NCBI GenBank assembly: GCA_011109175.1
Contig: RDEW01000026.1
Span: 62,001 to 126,000, forward strand
Reading direction: 5' to 3'
DNA: 64,000 bases
Origin: Dicyema japonicum
Lineage: Eukaryota > Animalia > Dicyemida
Positions 24,290 to 39,095 of the stretch are shown here, piece by piece. The number at the start of each line of letters is the position of its first letter. The first letter of the stretch is position 1. The notes under the pieces were generated by a model. That model searched no databases and was not told where the DNA came from. It was given only the letters and a program-made list of their open reading frames with translations. Made by a program: the position numbers and the translations under genes.

Positions 24290-25260
24290 TAGATAATTTC
24301 CTTGGGTTCCTGGATGTGGAGAGGGCGTTCAACTCGGTCTGGCATGACGGCCTCCGATGCGCCTTGTAGAAGGAGGAATTTCTCTAGAACTAAGGAGCTG
24401 GTTATCAAGCTACTTAGAGGATCGGATGAACTACGTAAGGCATAAAGGTTGCCGATCTAGTTTGTTTAGATCTCACCGAAGAGTTCCACAAGGGTCGGTT
24501 TTAAGCCCTACCTTTTTCAATATATCCGTCTACATTCCCCCACCTAGCAACTGTGAGGACGGAGATGGCTGTATATACGGACGACATAGTACTCTGGGAT
24601 CATTGGTGGAAACCAGATTTGGCGTGTCGGAGGATTCAAGTCGCAGTCAATGAAATCATACGCTGGTGTGGGAGCAGAGGACTCAGGCTGAGATCTGAAA
24701 AATGCAAGTTATTAGTTTTTGGCCGCCCTAAGCGGTCTAATAATTTAATATTTAGAGTGACCATCTATGGAGTACATATAGAGGTTACTGGGCGGACGAG
24801 CTACCTTTGAGTGACGTTCAACTCCAAGTGTAGTTTCGAAGAGCACACCGCCCTTGTTAAGAAGCGGGCTGTGCAAAGACTAGGAGCTTTGAGGGCTTTT
24901 CAGCTGAGTCGCGATGCCTGGGCCAAAGTATTCAACGTCATGGTGCTGCCTATGCTCACTTATGGTGCGCACTCCTGGTATTTCAGCGAGGATCGCGAAA
25001 AGTGCCTCACCAACTTGAGGAAGGTTCGGCGGCGGGCAATACGGTATTCTCTAGGAATGTTTTATAGAGCGCCGCTGCCGGAAAGAGGATACCCTGATTT
25101 TAGGAACCCGGAGGAAGTGATCAAAAAGATTCTGAAATTAAGCTATAGAAGGAGGCACGGGGAAGACAGAAGAGATGGCACGAAAACGCTGCCGCAAGGC
25201 GGTGAAAAGGCCCTTAGTCTAGTTCTTCCCTAATTACTAACTATTTGTTTGCCTAATAAA
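24290..25260 (+). mobile_element. 5'-truncated LINE RT and C-terminus (I/Jockey group)
   Basis: FLDVERAFNSVWH, VPQGSVLSP, YTDD and LPMLTYGAHSW. Confidence 0.8.
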
Positions 25261-25916
25261 ATTTTTCTTCTTCTTCAATCGACAGATGATTAAGGTCTGA
25301 AGGGACGTCCTATATTAATGAGATTTTCTACATCAGTGCCCTTTTTTTGACTTACCTACTATGACGTCCTATATAACAGTGGTTCTCAACAATAATTAAA
25401 AATCATAGAATTCCACCGCCGAAAAGTAAAAACCCCATCGACCAGGAACCAGTGGCATATAACATTCGAGTAAGTTGGCTGATAAGGGTAAATATCTCCT
25501 AATGTTGGATTTTAAACAACTTTTATATGAGTGAACAACAGCTAGACAATGGTGAGGATGAGTGTGAGGAGCTGATACAAGCGAAGGAGATTGTTGAACA
25601 AAAGAATATAATAACTTAATTAGACCTATTGATTATTTCTGTCCTAATTTGGTTTAGTTTTTTATAAGGAAAAGTTTATAATAGACTGAAAAGTTCTATT
25701 TTTAATTGATAGCCTATTTATTTCCATATGGCAATCCTTGTTCAGCCCCTGGGAAGGCCAAACTATATTCCCTGATATTCTATCGTTTTTAATAATTTTA
25801 AAAATGTGGCCACTCATATTGTTTCTTTTGTTAGTCACCATGGAAACCAATAATTTAAACGTTTCTAACAAAATCAGAATAAAAGGAACAAAAACTAGAT
25901 TTATTATAAAAGCGAG

Positions 25917-26650
25917 TTATTGTGATGGAATGGGGAAGATAAAGTTAATAATTTTAAGACAAACTGAGGAGAGCAATTGAAGTCTGGGTGGAAAATACAT
26001 CAAATATGACTTTATTGACTGAAGACAATATCTACATGTTTACCACAACCACCTGCAGTATCCATTCCTTCTAGACATGATCCTCATTTGGGCATAATAT
26101 TTGGACAGAATCACAGATATAAGAGAGGCTCCTCTGTGACGGACCAGAAAATACACACAGAAAAGGAATAACGACAGTTCGACATAAGCAGAAGCCATTA
26201 GTAAGTTGGGGGATATCGAAGACAGGGCAGTGAGAACATAAGGTGTATCAGGATCCACCAATTTCTTCATATATGTGACCACGGGAAGCAGAGAATACAC
26301 CATAACGGGGATTAGGAACACTAAACTACACCAAAACTGCGACCTGTGTTAGGGATAACGTTCATAAGAAGAAGAGATAAGACAACGAAATGGAAACTGT
26401 CCTCCAAAGAAAGGAGAGCAACATATTCTCCGAGTCCCTGAAGGCTTCGATTAGTGAAAGGAGTCATTCTCTGATAGAGTCTGATGATGCTTGTTATGGC
26501 GAATGAATATATCAAGTTTTTATGAATTGAGAATGAATGAGTAATAATGAAGACTACAATTAGGGAAATGTTAGTCAGCCGAAGAAAACATAAAAATGAT
26601 TCATATTTGTTTTGACTAACAAATGATGGAAGACGATAAAGATACTTCAT
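25917..26650 (-). CDS. TMEM33: Transmembrane protein 33 (Pom33/Kr-h2 family)
   Basis: TSIIRLYQR, LEDSFHFVVLSL and MSRRNGYCR match the TMEM33 motifs TSALRLHQR, LEDSCHY and SSRRNPYCR. Introns of 23 and 21 nt. Confidence 0.85.
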
Positions 26651-26749
26651 CACAAAACCCAACAAACGTTAAGATAATCGTGTAATTTTTATTTTAATCT
26701 AATCAAAAATTTTATTTAAAATATAATTATTAATTCTAGGAAAAAAGGA

Positions 26750-29700
26750 GAAGGGTCACTTGCGTTACCTGATGGTATGAATGTAATTCTTGCCATATCC
26801 GAGAGCGTTGTGGCAGATGACCCAAAAGAATGGGCGAGGCAGGTAGTCCTGCAGGTACGTAGCAGGCTATCTCGAATGCCCTGGAATGGATGGCCATACT
26901 TGGCGGAGCTCTGCAGTGGCAGATTCAGTACTGCTATATCTGTGAGTGAACTCAAGAAGATGGCTGTAGGCAAAGAGGGTACTGGTCTAAAGGGGCGGGG
27001 ACCAGGTGACCACAACTGTCAAAGAGAGCACGAGCACCAGAGCTGTGATACGTTGCAGCTCAAGCGTGTTTATGAGGTCTTTGCGCGGAATCTCGCTGCA
27101 GCGGCAGATGTCCCACTTGAGGACCGTAGATTTACCCGCAAGATTCCTCATTGTAAGGTTAACGGTGTAGTGTTAACTTGCATCAATAAGGCTGTGGTTT
27201 ATGCGGTGGAGGCTAAGCCAGTAGGGTCATTGGGTGACATCTCCCTAGTGCTGTATGCAGCACAGATTACCTATGAGGAATTGACTGACAAGCCCAGACC
27301 ACCCAGTAAATGGAGGGAGCAGATCTGTGCCAAGATCGCTTGGAGACAGACTGAGCTGGAAGCACTGGAGGGGCACATAAGTAGTGTGGCGAGAGGGGTT
27401 AGAGGAAAAGCACCGGCTATAGTAAAGGGGCTAATTAGTAAACTCCCTGTTCCCAAATGGGACCTCAAAGAGTTGAGGAGGGCAAAGGTGGAGTTAGAGG
27501 GGGCAATAATGGTTTATAAGAGGAAACTCTATACACATGAAAGTCGGTGTAAGAGAAGGAGAGAAAATAATCTGTTTGAGTTTAATCGCAGATTGTTTTA
27601 CCGTCGCCTACACGAAAATGGCCATAGTGTATGTTCCCAGCAGGACGCGGAAATGCTTTCCACATGGGGTAGTATGTGGGAGGCTAAACCACGCAGAGGA
27701 AATGCGTGGAATGTCCCGTACAGCGCCGCTCCTTTCTTGGCGGAATTTTCGATTTTCGCAAGAAATTTGAGGCGGTAGTGAGACATCTCCCTGATTGGAA
27801 GACGACCGGGGTCGATAAAGTTTATAATTTCTTTATCAAAAGATGCACTTCATTACACGAGTCTATGTGTCGTGTATTACAGAAAAGCATCACTAACCCG
27901 GAAACGATTCCTGATTGGGCATGCACAGGGACAACTTATTTGATCCCAAAGCTGGACAACCCCCAGTCTGCTGCAGATTATCGACCGATAACCTGCATGC
28001 CAACCCTGTATAAGCTGATGACCAAATTGGTGGCTAATGAGGTCAGGAGCTTTGTAGAGCAAATGGGATTCTCTCCGAGAATCAGTTGGGAACTGTGCGA
28101 AATTGTCAGGGGGCAAAAGAGCAGGCTTTGATCAACAAATGCCTTTCTGTGTCTCACGGAAACTCACTTTTGTCTATGTGGGTGGATGTGAAGAAGGCTT
28201 ACGATTCAGTTGATCATTCTTACCTTGTCGAGTGCCTACACAGTCTGTGTATGCCTGTGTGGTTCATCAGCTTTGTAGTGGCTGTGATGAATAGGTGGAG
28301 TATTCATCTGAACTATAATAGGCACCGGATAGGCGAGGTAAAACTCAAGAGGGGGATCCTTCAGGGGGATAGCATGTCTCCGCTACTCTTTGTTCTCTGT
28401 TTGGAGCCATTGAGTCGCCGCCTCAATGACCGGTTTGAGCAAATACCAGTTCATTGTGAAGGGGTTTGTTTCAGTACAAATCACCTTCTTTTTATCGATG
28501 ACTGAAGATGTATGCTCGAACAGCCGAGGAGCTCTACTCCATGGGGGTCTGTGCCAGGGAATTCTTTGAGAGTATAGGACTAGATTTGAATTATTCAAAG
28601 TCTGCGACTAACACGCAAGTATGTAGCGAGTTAGTAAGAGTCCTAGAGGAACACGAAGGATATAAGTATCTGGGTGTTACCGAATCTCCAAAGTCCCTTA
28701 TAATGCCTGAGACAAAGCGACAAATTACTGAAGGCATCCGTAAAAGAGCAGCGTTATTGTGTAAGACGTCTCTAAATGCAAGGAATTTGTTCCTAGCATT
28801 AAATGAGTATGCTGTCTCGCTGCTAAACTACTACATAGGTGTTGTGGAGTTTGAGCCCAAAGAGTATGATGAGATGGATGTTATGATCCGTGGAGTACTC
28901 AGAGAGAACCATGTCCATGTGCTGGCAGCCAATAAGGAGAGACTATATTTACCCCGTGATAAATTCGGCCGTGGACTGTGTGGAGTAGTCCAACTAAGTG
29001 AGCGTATCCTAATGCGAATGCACGACACCCTGATAGCTGGGTCAAGTGTGTCTGCTAGGAAGCACGCCATAATAACGACCGAGAAAACACGGGCAACCCA
29101 CCTAGGCACTATCAGACCTTTTTTGTCTGCTAAGTATGGTGTTGATGATGGTGGGCTAGTAAATGTGAAGGCGTTGATCGAATTACAATATAATAATTTG
29201 ATGGAAAAGATCAACTTAAAAAGCCTTCATAAGGTCCTCTTCAGAGCATTGGACAACCCACATGTCGACCTTAAGTCGTCGACAATATGGCTAAAATACG
29301 GTGACAACTCACCTCGATCGGAGGCGTTGTACACGTATATGCAAGACCGCAATATTTTTTGGGGTCGATCAACAAATACATGTCCCCACTGTAAGTCAAG
29401 GAGCATGTCGGTTGATCATTTAGCCACTCGATGTGGATCCATGCTCTGCCACGACTATGTGTGGAGGCATAACGAGGTAGTAAGGAGTCTTCATCTTCTA
29501 CTATGCAATAAGTATGGTATTCGCCACACCAGAAAGTTGCGGACTCATAAGGTGCAATCTGTAGTAGAGAACACCAGGGTCCAAATTAAGGTAGACAGTG
29601 TTATCCGTACCTCGGTGCTAGTCAAGCACAATAAAGACATTGTGGTACACGATAAGGAGTCTGGCCAAGTCCTTATCATAGAGGTTGGCATCACGTCTCA

Positions 29701-30110
29701 AGACCGTTTGCAGACTGTGGAGGTGGAGAAAAAAAGGAAGTATGACTTTCTTGCAAACGAGATGGGGCAGATGCTTGGTTGCAAGGTCCTCGTTATTCCT
29801 ATAGTAATGACGTGGGAAGGAATTGCAACAAAGTACCACAAGGGTTATCTGAAGCAGTTGGGGGTAGATAGGAAGTTCCAGGCCTATCTACAGTCCACTG
29901 TGTTAAAGCGGACCCTAGAGACCTTGACACTGGAGTATAGGAGGCAGAGCCCTGAGATGCCATATGGGCAGAGGGTTCATATTGACAATGCGCTCTCGGA
30001 GTTGTTTCAGCAACCAGAATCAAACCTGCCTGAGGAGGCTGGCGAACAGGCAGGCGAGGAAGGTTGTTGATTAATAAATATATTAACTTTTTTATTGTTT
30101 GTTAAATAAA
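26750..30110 (+). mobile_element. R4/Dong-like RLE non-LTR retrotransposon, near-intact (about 1100 codons, three 1-nt frameshifts)
   Basis: ENNLFEFNRRLFY, YRPITCMPTLYK, WVDVKKAYDSV, GILQGDSMSPLLF and FIDD. CCHC CPHC...DHLATRC, RHNEV and HNKDIV...IIEVGI. Confidence 0.92.
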
Positions 30111-30479
30111 GATTAAATCCTTATACCGTAAGCATGGAAATTTTTTATTAAACAATAGAAGGCATTGAGATATGAGTGGTGTCTTGCTTTTCTTCTCTAT
30201 CACGGCGACGTTGATGAAAATCTTGGGCCAGATCTTACCATAGTTCAAATTAACATTAATGGAATTTGGATGCTTTATTGAACAACACTTTCTCGGTTTT
30301 CTTCAATGCGATCAACCCCGATCTCGCAAAAATTCATTTCATCGTCCTTTGCGTCCTATTGATTCTGTAACACGAGTCTTAATTCAAACGAGAAATAATC
30401 AAAAGAACTTCCACAGACAGTCAGTGAACATCGGTGAAAGGATATCAACTAACACAACTAAAAACCCTTACAGACCCTA

Positions 30480-31515
30480 AGGAAAATACCTCTTCCATTG
30501 CATCTCATTTCACCCTTTTTATTGAAGATAGGAGGTACAAGGGTAAACCTTAGTTATATTTGAATTCCCTTTACGAAATGCCAATATATCTTTGGTGTCA
30601 CCTTTGATGCGTTAATGAAGTTCACTCGTCATACTGATAAAGTCATGGCTAGAAGACTTTGAAAGTGAAATATTTTAAAGGCTATTGTACAGAAGAACCC
30701 CCTCCCTTTTGTGACTTGCATCAGCAGATTTTACCATCACATAATTGCTCCAACCATCGAATATTTTTGTCCCGTTTAGAGATTTGCCCTTTCCTCTTAG
30801 AAAATTGAACACAACACTCAATCCAGCGGAAAAAGGATTGGTTACTACTCTCCTTTCAGAGGAGTCGACCAGAAACAATGGCCGAGGTTTTTTTGCATTT
30901 TTGTAAAAAACATTACAAAAATAGTATATTGAACTATGCATTTATCTTGTAGGCGCCTCGTAGGTCTATCCATCTCCTGCACAAATACAGAGAAGGTCGC
31001 ACTATCAAGAAAATGGCATAATGGTGGAACAGTGGTTAAAAAATCCTTATTCATCTAAACAGAACGGTGTCCTCATTGCATCGCAACCTCGTAGTTCTCA
31101 ACCTATCTTGGACTTTTATGGTTTTAAGGTAGGTCTCCTTGGGCAGTTGGATCACAGTTTAAGAATGTCAAAAATAAAAAGAAATCCGTAGACCAGGTAG
31201 AGGTGACAGTAATAGTTACTGTGATACTTGGTACTCAAAATCAACGATTTATTATTATTGATCTTAAAAAACAGTCTTAGAGAATTGGAGATGGTTAATT
31301 TGTTGTTCAATAAAAGCTTATTATTAGCACTTTCACTAGAGCCATATATATGTGCAGCAGAAAACACAAGAGAAAGAGTTAGCTTATTCCAGGCTTTTCT
31401 GTTCTTAGTCAAATCCCTCAGTGTGTCCAAGTCATCAGCAGATGCTAGTGCTTTCTTTGTGCATTTGTAAAACGACGGAGGGTACTTCTCTGCATATCGG
31501 GGGTTAAATTAAATA
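30480..31515 (+). mobile_element. Decayed Vingi-like LINE 3' portion
   Basis: GVTFDALMKFTRH thumb motif; ends with the family tail ggggttaaattaaat. Confidence 0.55.
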
Positions 31516-32962
31516 ATCATACTCATAAATTTTGCCGATAAAAAGGTGATCTTAGACAAGAATACTCAACTGGTACTTTATACTGACACCTTTCCATAGA
31601 TTTCTCTGTCATTTCCTTGAACAATCCAAATGATTATCTGAAGGGGGTCAATATTATGCTTAAGTTATGTCAATCATCAGCAAATCAATATTGGGAACAA
31701 AAGCAATCATAGGGAACCAGAGAGACTAGATGGGGACTAATATATGACACCAAATGTCTCTTCTCTGTTTATTATTAATTAGGATAGTTTTGGTTACCAC
31801 AATTATTTATTGTAACAACTTTCCAATAGTTATCATACGATTTTCATTCCTGGATGGTATTTTGGATCCAATCCGACAATTTAATGGCATATCTTCTAGA
31901 TCCACCCTCAGCGAACTTGTTTTTTCTTTTCTTTCATACCATTACTGTAAGCCACAGACCAAGAACATGCTAACTATATATGTAGAGGATCTTGCCAGAA
32001 TTCACATGTGTATAAGCGATTTTATTTATCACGTACCCTTCTTCTATTATTGATGTGATCTCTGAAAAATCCCATCTGATCCACAAATTACAAGGCAATA
32101 TAAGTGTTCACAGAACATGATTTGGTCCATATTTAGTTTTCTTCACGTTCTTGGATATCCAAGAGACATAACATTTTTCACGAAATAAGGATAGTTTTGG
32201 TTACCACAATTTTAGCAATATGATTTATGCCTTTTCCAGGAAATTAGTCTACATATTTGTAAATCAATAAAATAATGTCGTTAGCACAAATAATCATTAT
32301 TAGAGTGCTTTACACACTTAAATTAAAGTGGGAGCAAAATGACTGTTGTAACTCAACATAATTTTGATTTCTGACGACTCTTAAAAGGAAAATCTTTCAT
32401 AAACTTATTCCAATATTAGCTATCGAAGGAAGCCTTATTGACTAACAAAATATACAAACTAAATATATCCTTCACAAAACTGACCTCAATAGTAGATAAC
32501 AATAGTCCCTTTGCAAATTATAATCCCACACAAGACATCCATATCTTCCAAACTAATTCAACCTTAGTCCTTTATCCGCAAATGTCACCAAGAATATATT
32601 CATAATAAAACTTCAACAACTCTAGGGAGTTTCAGTTACGAAATATTAGATCTGTTTGACCAATAAGTCGAATTGTGGATAAAAGGAATATCATCAAAAT
32701 CCTCTTATTATAGAACCTTAAGGTTTTATACGCCCGACAGCTGATTGCTATACAGCAATAGATGCTTAACATGATATTATGAAGCCACATCAGCAGATCA
32801 CGAGGTAATGATAAGATAATTGTGCCTATAGTGAAGATAAGAATAGACACTGCAGGAATATAATATTTTGGAGAAAAACCAATACAAATCAAATATGCAC
32901 TTTGTGAAACAGTAACCACATATCATAATTTATTTAAACCGCATTGTAAAATTAATTTCAAT

Positions 32963-34414
<1,452 letters not shown>

Positions 34415-35601
34415 TTACATTCATAATCGCACAACGTTGTTAATGGTTTGAACGTATATTTGCACGTGATTAACCTTAATTTAATTAAAAGTTTATCAAT
34501 ATAATTTCCGTTTAATAAATAATCGGCTTTAATCAAATCTGACCTCATTGGCTCTCTAGAAATTATTGATTAATTGGTTCAAAGTTGAGGTAGCCTTAGT
34601 ACACCAAACGATGCATTGCTTCATGAAGGAAAAATAACCTTCTTTTTCTTATTAACCTAGTGGCGAACTCAGGAGGCATCGGAAACCATTATTCCTAAGT
34701 ATTGGATCCCAACCAACCCAAAATTAAATGAATTCGAATGATGTCAGTGAACACGTATAGTATGATTGTTAGTATGATTATATGTGTCTCTAGTATTATG
34801 GTTTTGTACATGGGTTTGATTAAAAATGTTGACCCTCTTACCTAAATTTATTTTCCAATTAAAAATGATTAAATTTTTATAATATTGACTCTATTAATGA
34901 TGGTTTCTATTTTTAAGCTTAACAAATCCAATAATAAACTGTTTAGGGAATTATATATAATCTCGTGGTTTTCACTAATCTTAAATAAAACGAAATTAAA
35001 AAAATGACTCAATCCATATTTAAGTAGCGACTTAACGTCAGTTTTAAGGGAGCAAGAGCTATCAGTGAGGGAGGGCCTTTTGAAGAGACTTCTAGTACTG
35101 CGACCTGCATGTCTTTGAGGGATTTACAGGAATGTCCGACAATTGCGGTTGGGTACTTGAAGTTTCTGGGCTCCTATCAAGACTAACTAATATAATGATA
35201 GTAACCTAGTATTTTCAAATTGATTCATTTTAATATAACCTCTTGAACTTATCTCAGTGAATTCGATCATTCTAGTCAACCATCCCAGTTTAACTAATAC
35301 AGAATGATTGGAGGATAGGAATCATATCTTTCAACGAAACCATGTGGTCCAAGGTAGAGAAGAGTAATACTTCGGTCTAAATGAGAGATCCCAAGCTGGC
35401 CGGTATTTTGAGGTGGAGCAATGTAGTTCCCTTTCTAAGGAAACCGTGAAGAATCGATCGGACATATAAGTAAATTAATGTAGGCATTTGTAAGTTCATT
35501 TTAATGTTTAAACTTGAATTATTGACTTGTGATTGTTATATTTAATGCTTCCTTTAAACTGTATCTACGTGATTACCAGGCAACAGTTATATAATATATT
35601 T

Positions 35602-37779
35602 ATGGATAATACTAGTAATGAATCATCCACGAGGCTATGTTTACAGATATTTTCCAAATGAGCGGGTTTTCACCTTTAATCGACTTTTAAGTATTCTAAA
35701 CCGAGAAATGTACAGACACGATTTGAATACGACAAAAATAGAATAAGCAGAGAGGAAAGGATTGAGGACTATCAGGAAGAGGAGGCCAACCAAATAATGA
35801 GACAAGATATGTCCATAAACAGATATGAGAATAAAATTGACCACCAAAATCGTCAACTTTGCGCCCTTACTAAGGTTTGGGAGTTGTTTGATTTCAGCAA
35901 AACATGAGTTTGGAAAAAGGGAGAGATATTTTGAAGAATGAATTGCGGGAAGAAAGAGACAGGAACATAAAACTTGAAGAAATTATCAAAAAGTGTTACC
36001 TAACCAAAAATAATCTGTCAACGAGGCTGGACAACCAATTGGCGACCAGTTGGATTGATTATTAACAAAGATCAACAACTCATTAAAGAAATGCATGACT
36101 TGAAGGTCAGAAGAACGGGAGTTAGTGAAATATCCAGTTTGGTGGAAAATCAGCTTAAGGAATTGAATGCAGAGTGTCAATACTACCGCAACGAGAATCA
36201 CAACATGATGATTGTGATGGACACCATAGAACCTTCTCGCAAAAACAAGAATTTTTTAAAGGACTACGAACGTGTCAGAGCTGAGAGAGACCAACTGAAG
36301 ACAGTGTTATCGGAAATGGAAGAAAGAATGTCGAATGTTGTCAATTTAATGACATAATAGATTTGCTCCAATGTGAACGATTTTAGACAAGAAAATGACT
36401 GTTTAATGGTAATTGAAGGGACTAATTGATAGAATGAGGACAGATGGGAGGAAGACATGAGACAATTAAGTCACCAATTAGAAAATGTACTTAACTTCCG
36501 TTATTCAAGGAAAAACAGAAAACCAGCGAAATTGAGAAGAAAATGAAGGATTAAAGCATAATTTGAGGACTGTCCTCGAGGAGTTAAAATGTCAAAATGG
36601 TCCGAAAGAGCATTGGTTTGTTTTCCTATCAAATTGAAAGTGTGGATGATTTGGAGAGGATCATAGATCTTAAAAACGAAGAAATCTCCTCATTAAAGGA
36701 GGAGTTGGCCAATTCTAAAAGTCGAATGAAGTGTGGATTAAACAGAATCAGAAAACTTGAGACAAATTGCGCCGATTTAATCAAAACCATCGACAAAAAG
36801 GTAGAAAATGTATGAATTCGCAGGGAGATGAGATCATTGGATGGAATAGAGAGGCTGATAACAAATACCGGTATATACATAATTCACTTAAAAGTAAACT
36901 AATCGGAGAAAAGGCAGGCAGTACCTCAAATTTAGTAAAAAATGGAGTGTAAGTGAGAAATGTTATGATAGTAGTCGAGAGGCTGAAAAGATGAGATTTT
37001 ATAAGGAAGAAATAAACAAACTGAGAAGATTTAAGGAGGATTACCACATATTAGTGGGGGAAGTCGAACAATTAAGGTTTGATAAAGAAAACTTGGAATC
37101 CGAGAGAAACATCCTGTCCAAGGAAAATGAAGAATATAAAAAGATAGAGAAGGATTGGGATCATAAGATGACTTTGATGACTGAGGACGCTAAAAAGGTT
37201 AATAAAATGGCGAAAATTAGAATTTAATTGAAATTCGTGAAAAGGAAAAAGAAATAGCAAAATTGGATTACTCGTTGGATTGTCTGAATAAGAGGATATT
37301 TGGATATGAAAACCAAAGTATCTATTCCAGAGAACAGATTGAGAGATATTCACATTTGAATGGTAAATTGAACTCTGAAAACGATATTTTGCAGAATAAG
37401 TTGGTAGAAAAGGAAAACGTGATCCTCCAGGCAGTTTTAGTTATCACTACTAGAGGAATGAAGAAATTAAGAGTCTTTTAGCCAAATTAAACGAAATGGG
37501 CACCAAATTTCACTTTGAAAGCGATAAATGTGAGGATCTGAACATGTTTTTGGACTCGTGTATGAGATCTCGAATCCACCAGGAGTTGAAGACTAAGGAG
37601 AAACAGTCGGAAATTATAACTTTAGACGAAAGAATAGATTTAATGCGCATTAGAAAGTAAATATTAACCGATTATTCTGTCGTAGTCAGGAACTCACAAG
37701 AGAATTAAAATTGAGTAAAGAAACCTGCAATGAGCTTGAATTAGAATTGAGGAAAATGAGGAGAAAATTGTGCAATTAG
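35602..37779 (+). CDS. Long coiled-coil protein (roughly 600 aa), family not recognised; 5' end uncertain
   Basis: E/K/L-rich heptad exons joined by 20-29-nt GT-AG introns (e.g. 36337-36360, 36409-36432). One apparent 1-nt deletion in the A-run near 36540. Confidence 0.7.
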
Positions 37780-37829
37780 ATTTTATGAAATAATCAATAA
37801 CATTTTCTAATAATTTATCCATTATTTTG

Positions 37830-38790
37830 ATGCCCCACTCACCTAAGTCTTGTATTGGGTCCAACGGGGACGGGCGTCCAGAATTGCCCTTCTAAAATGG
37901 CATGGCTTCGGCTCATATCTCCTGTTCGTCTGGAGATATGAGATAAGTACCTCATGCAGAGGATCCTTGCTTCTCTGATAAGAATTCTTTGTTTTTGGAT
38001 GAAAAGATCTTCTGTAGATATAGGGGAGAATGATGGCGGATAATATTCTTTGCGGCCATTTGAATATTTGAAGGTCAATGTTCTTGAAACAAAGACCAAG
38101 CCTCACTTGCATAGAACAACGTTGACTGGTCAAACTGTTTGTAGGTCATCTGAAGGCATCCAGTGTCACTTTTGAGAGCCTTGACTTTTAATATCGTCAA
38201 CCTCTTCAGTGCGATCGTTACCCGGTTATCCACATGCTTTGCGAAAGAGAGTCCCTGGTCGAGTGTAACTCCAAGTATATTTGGTGTGTAATTGATGGGA
38301 ATTACTGTGTTATTGAGAGAAATGTTAGGTTTCAATGAATAGTGCTCTTGCACGTTGTAAATAGGGTAGTATAGGATTTTGTAGGGAAACTTCAAGACGG
38401 AGTTTCTTGAGCCAAAAAGTTAAATTGTTAAGCATGTCCTGGGCCATCGTGGTAGCAGTTTGGTACTCTTTGTCCTTTGCAGCGATAATGATGTCGTCCG
38501 TGTATGATAGTAGAAGACAATTTTCGTAGTGCGATTTCAGAATGTCATCGATGTACAGGTTGAGAAGGGCTGGCGATGGTGGAGATCCTTGAAGACTCCA
38601 TTTGGTAGGAGACGGGATTTTGACTTTATGTTATTGCAAATATCTTGTCCACGTCTCCCATTTAAGAAGTTGGCGATCCATAGTTTTATGTTTGGGTGCA
38701 TGTATCGTAAATTTTCTCAGTAAGGAGTTTTCTTGAGACTGTGTCGAAAGCCTTTATTATATCAACAGAGACCAAGACTGTTCGTTGGTT
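37830..38790 (-). mobile_element. Vingi-like LINE RT and C-terminal fragment
   Basis: DTVSR, NGVFKDL (a decayed NGVPQG), YTDD, ILGVTLDQGLSFAKHV and FYASEAW. Confidence 0.75.
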
Positions 38791-38969
38791 AACGTTAATG
38801 GAATCCGAACGAAAATTATAAAACTACAACGCACTCTCTTCAGTGGATATAATCGACTACACTGTGCTGCGGATTGTTCCACTATCACTATCGGCACAGA
38901 GCTAACATGAGAATATTATTGAGATGTCAAAAAAGACAATATCGGTACTACGGATAACACTAAAGTCCC

Positions 38970-39095
38970 ATTCATGGAATATCTTACGGAACACCTCCAG
39001 ATGGCAGAGTCTTTTGAACATCCCCTCGGGCAGGAAGTCAAACTATATCTAGACACCTGCCCGAGATACGAGAAATCCGGGGTTAATAAATTAAA
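38970..39095 (+). mobile_element. LINE 3' tail with perfect 10-bp hairpin
   Basis: ctcgggcagg (39025-39034) / cctgcccgag (39056-39065), followed by ggggttaataaattaaat. Confidence 0.6.

Noticed and set aside
26700-26830. SL-RNA/snRNA target or HDV ribozyme at the R4-like element 5' end
   Set aside because: Only simple stems (gggtca/tgaccc, tgcca/tggca); no HDV topology, Sm site or recognisable RNA gene.
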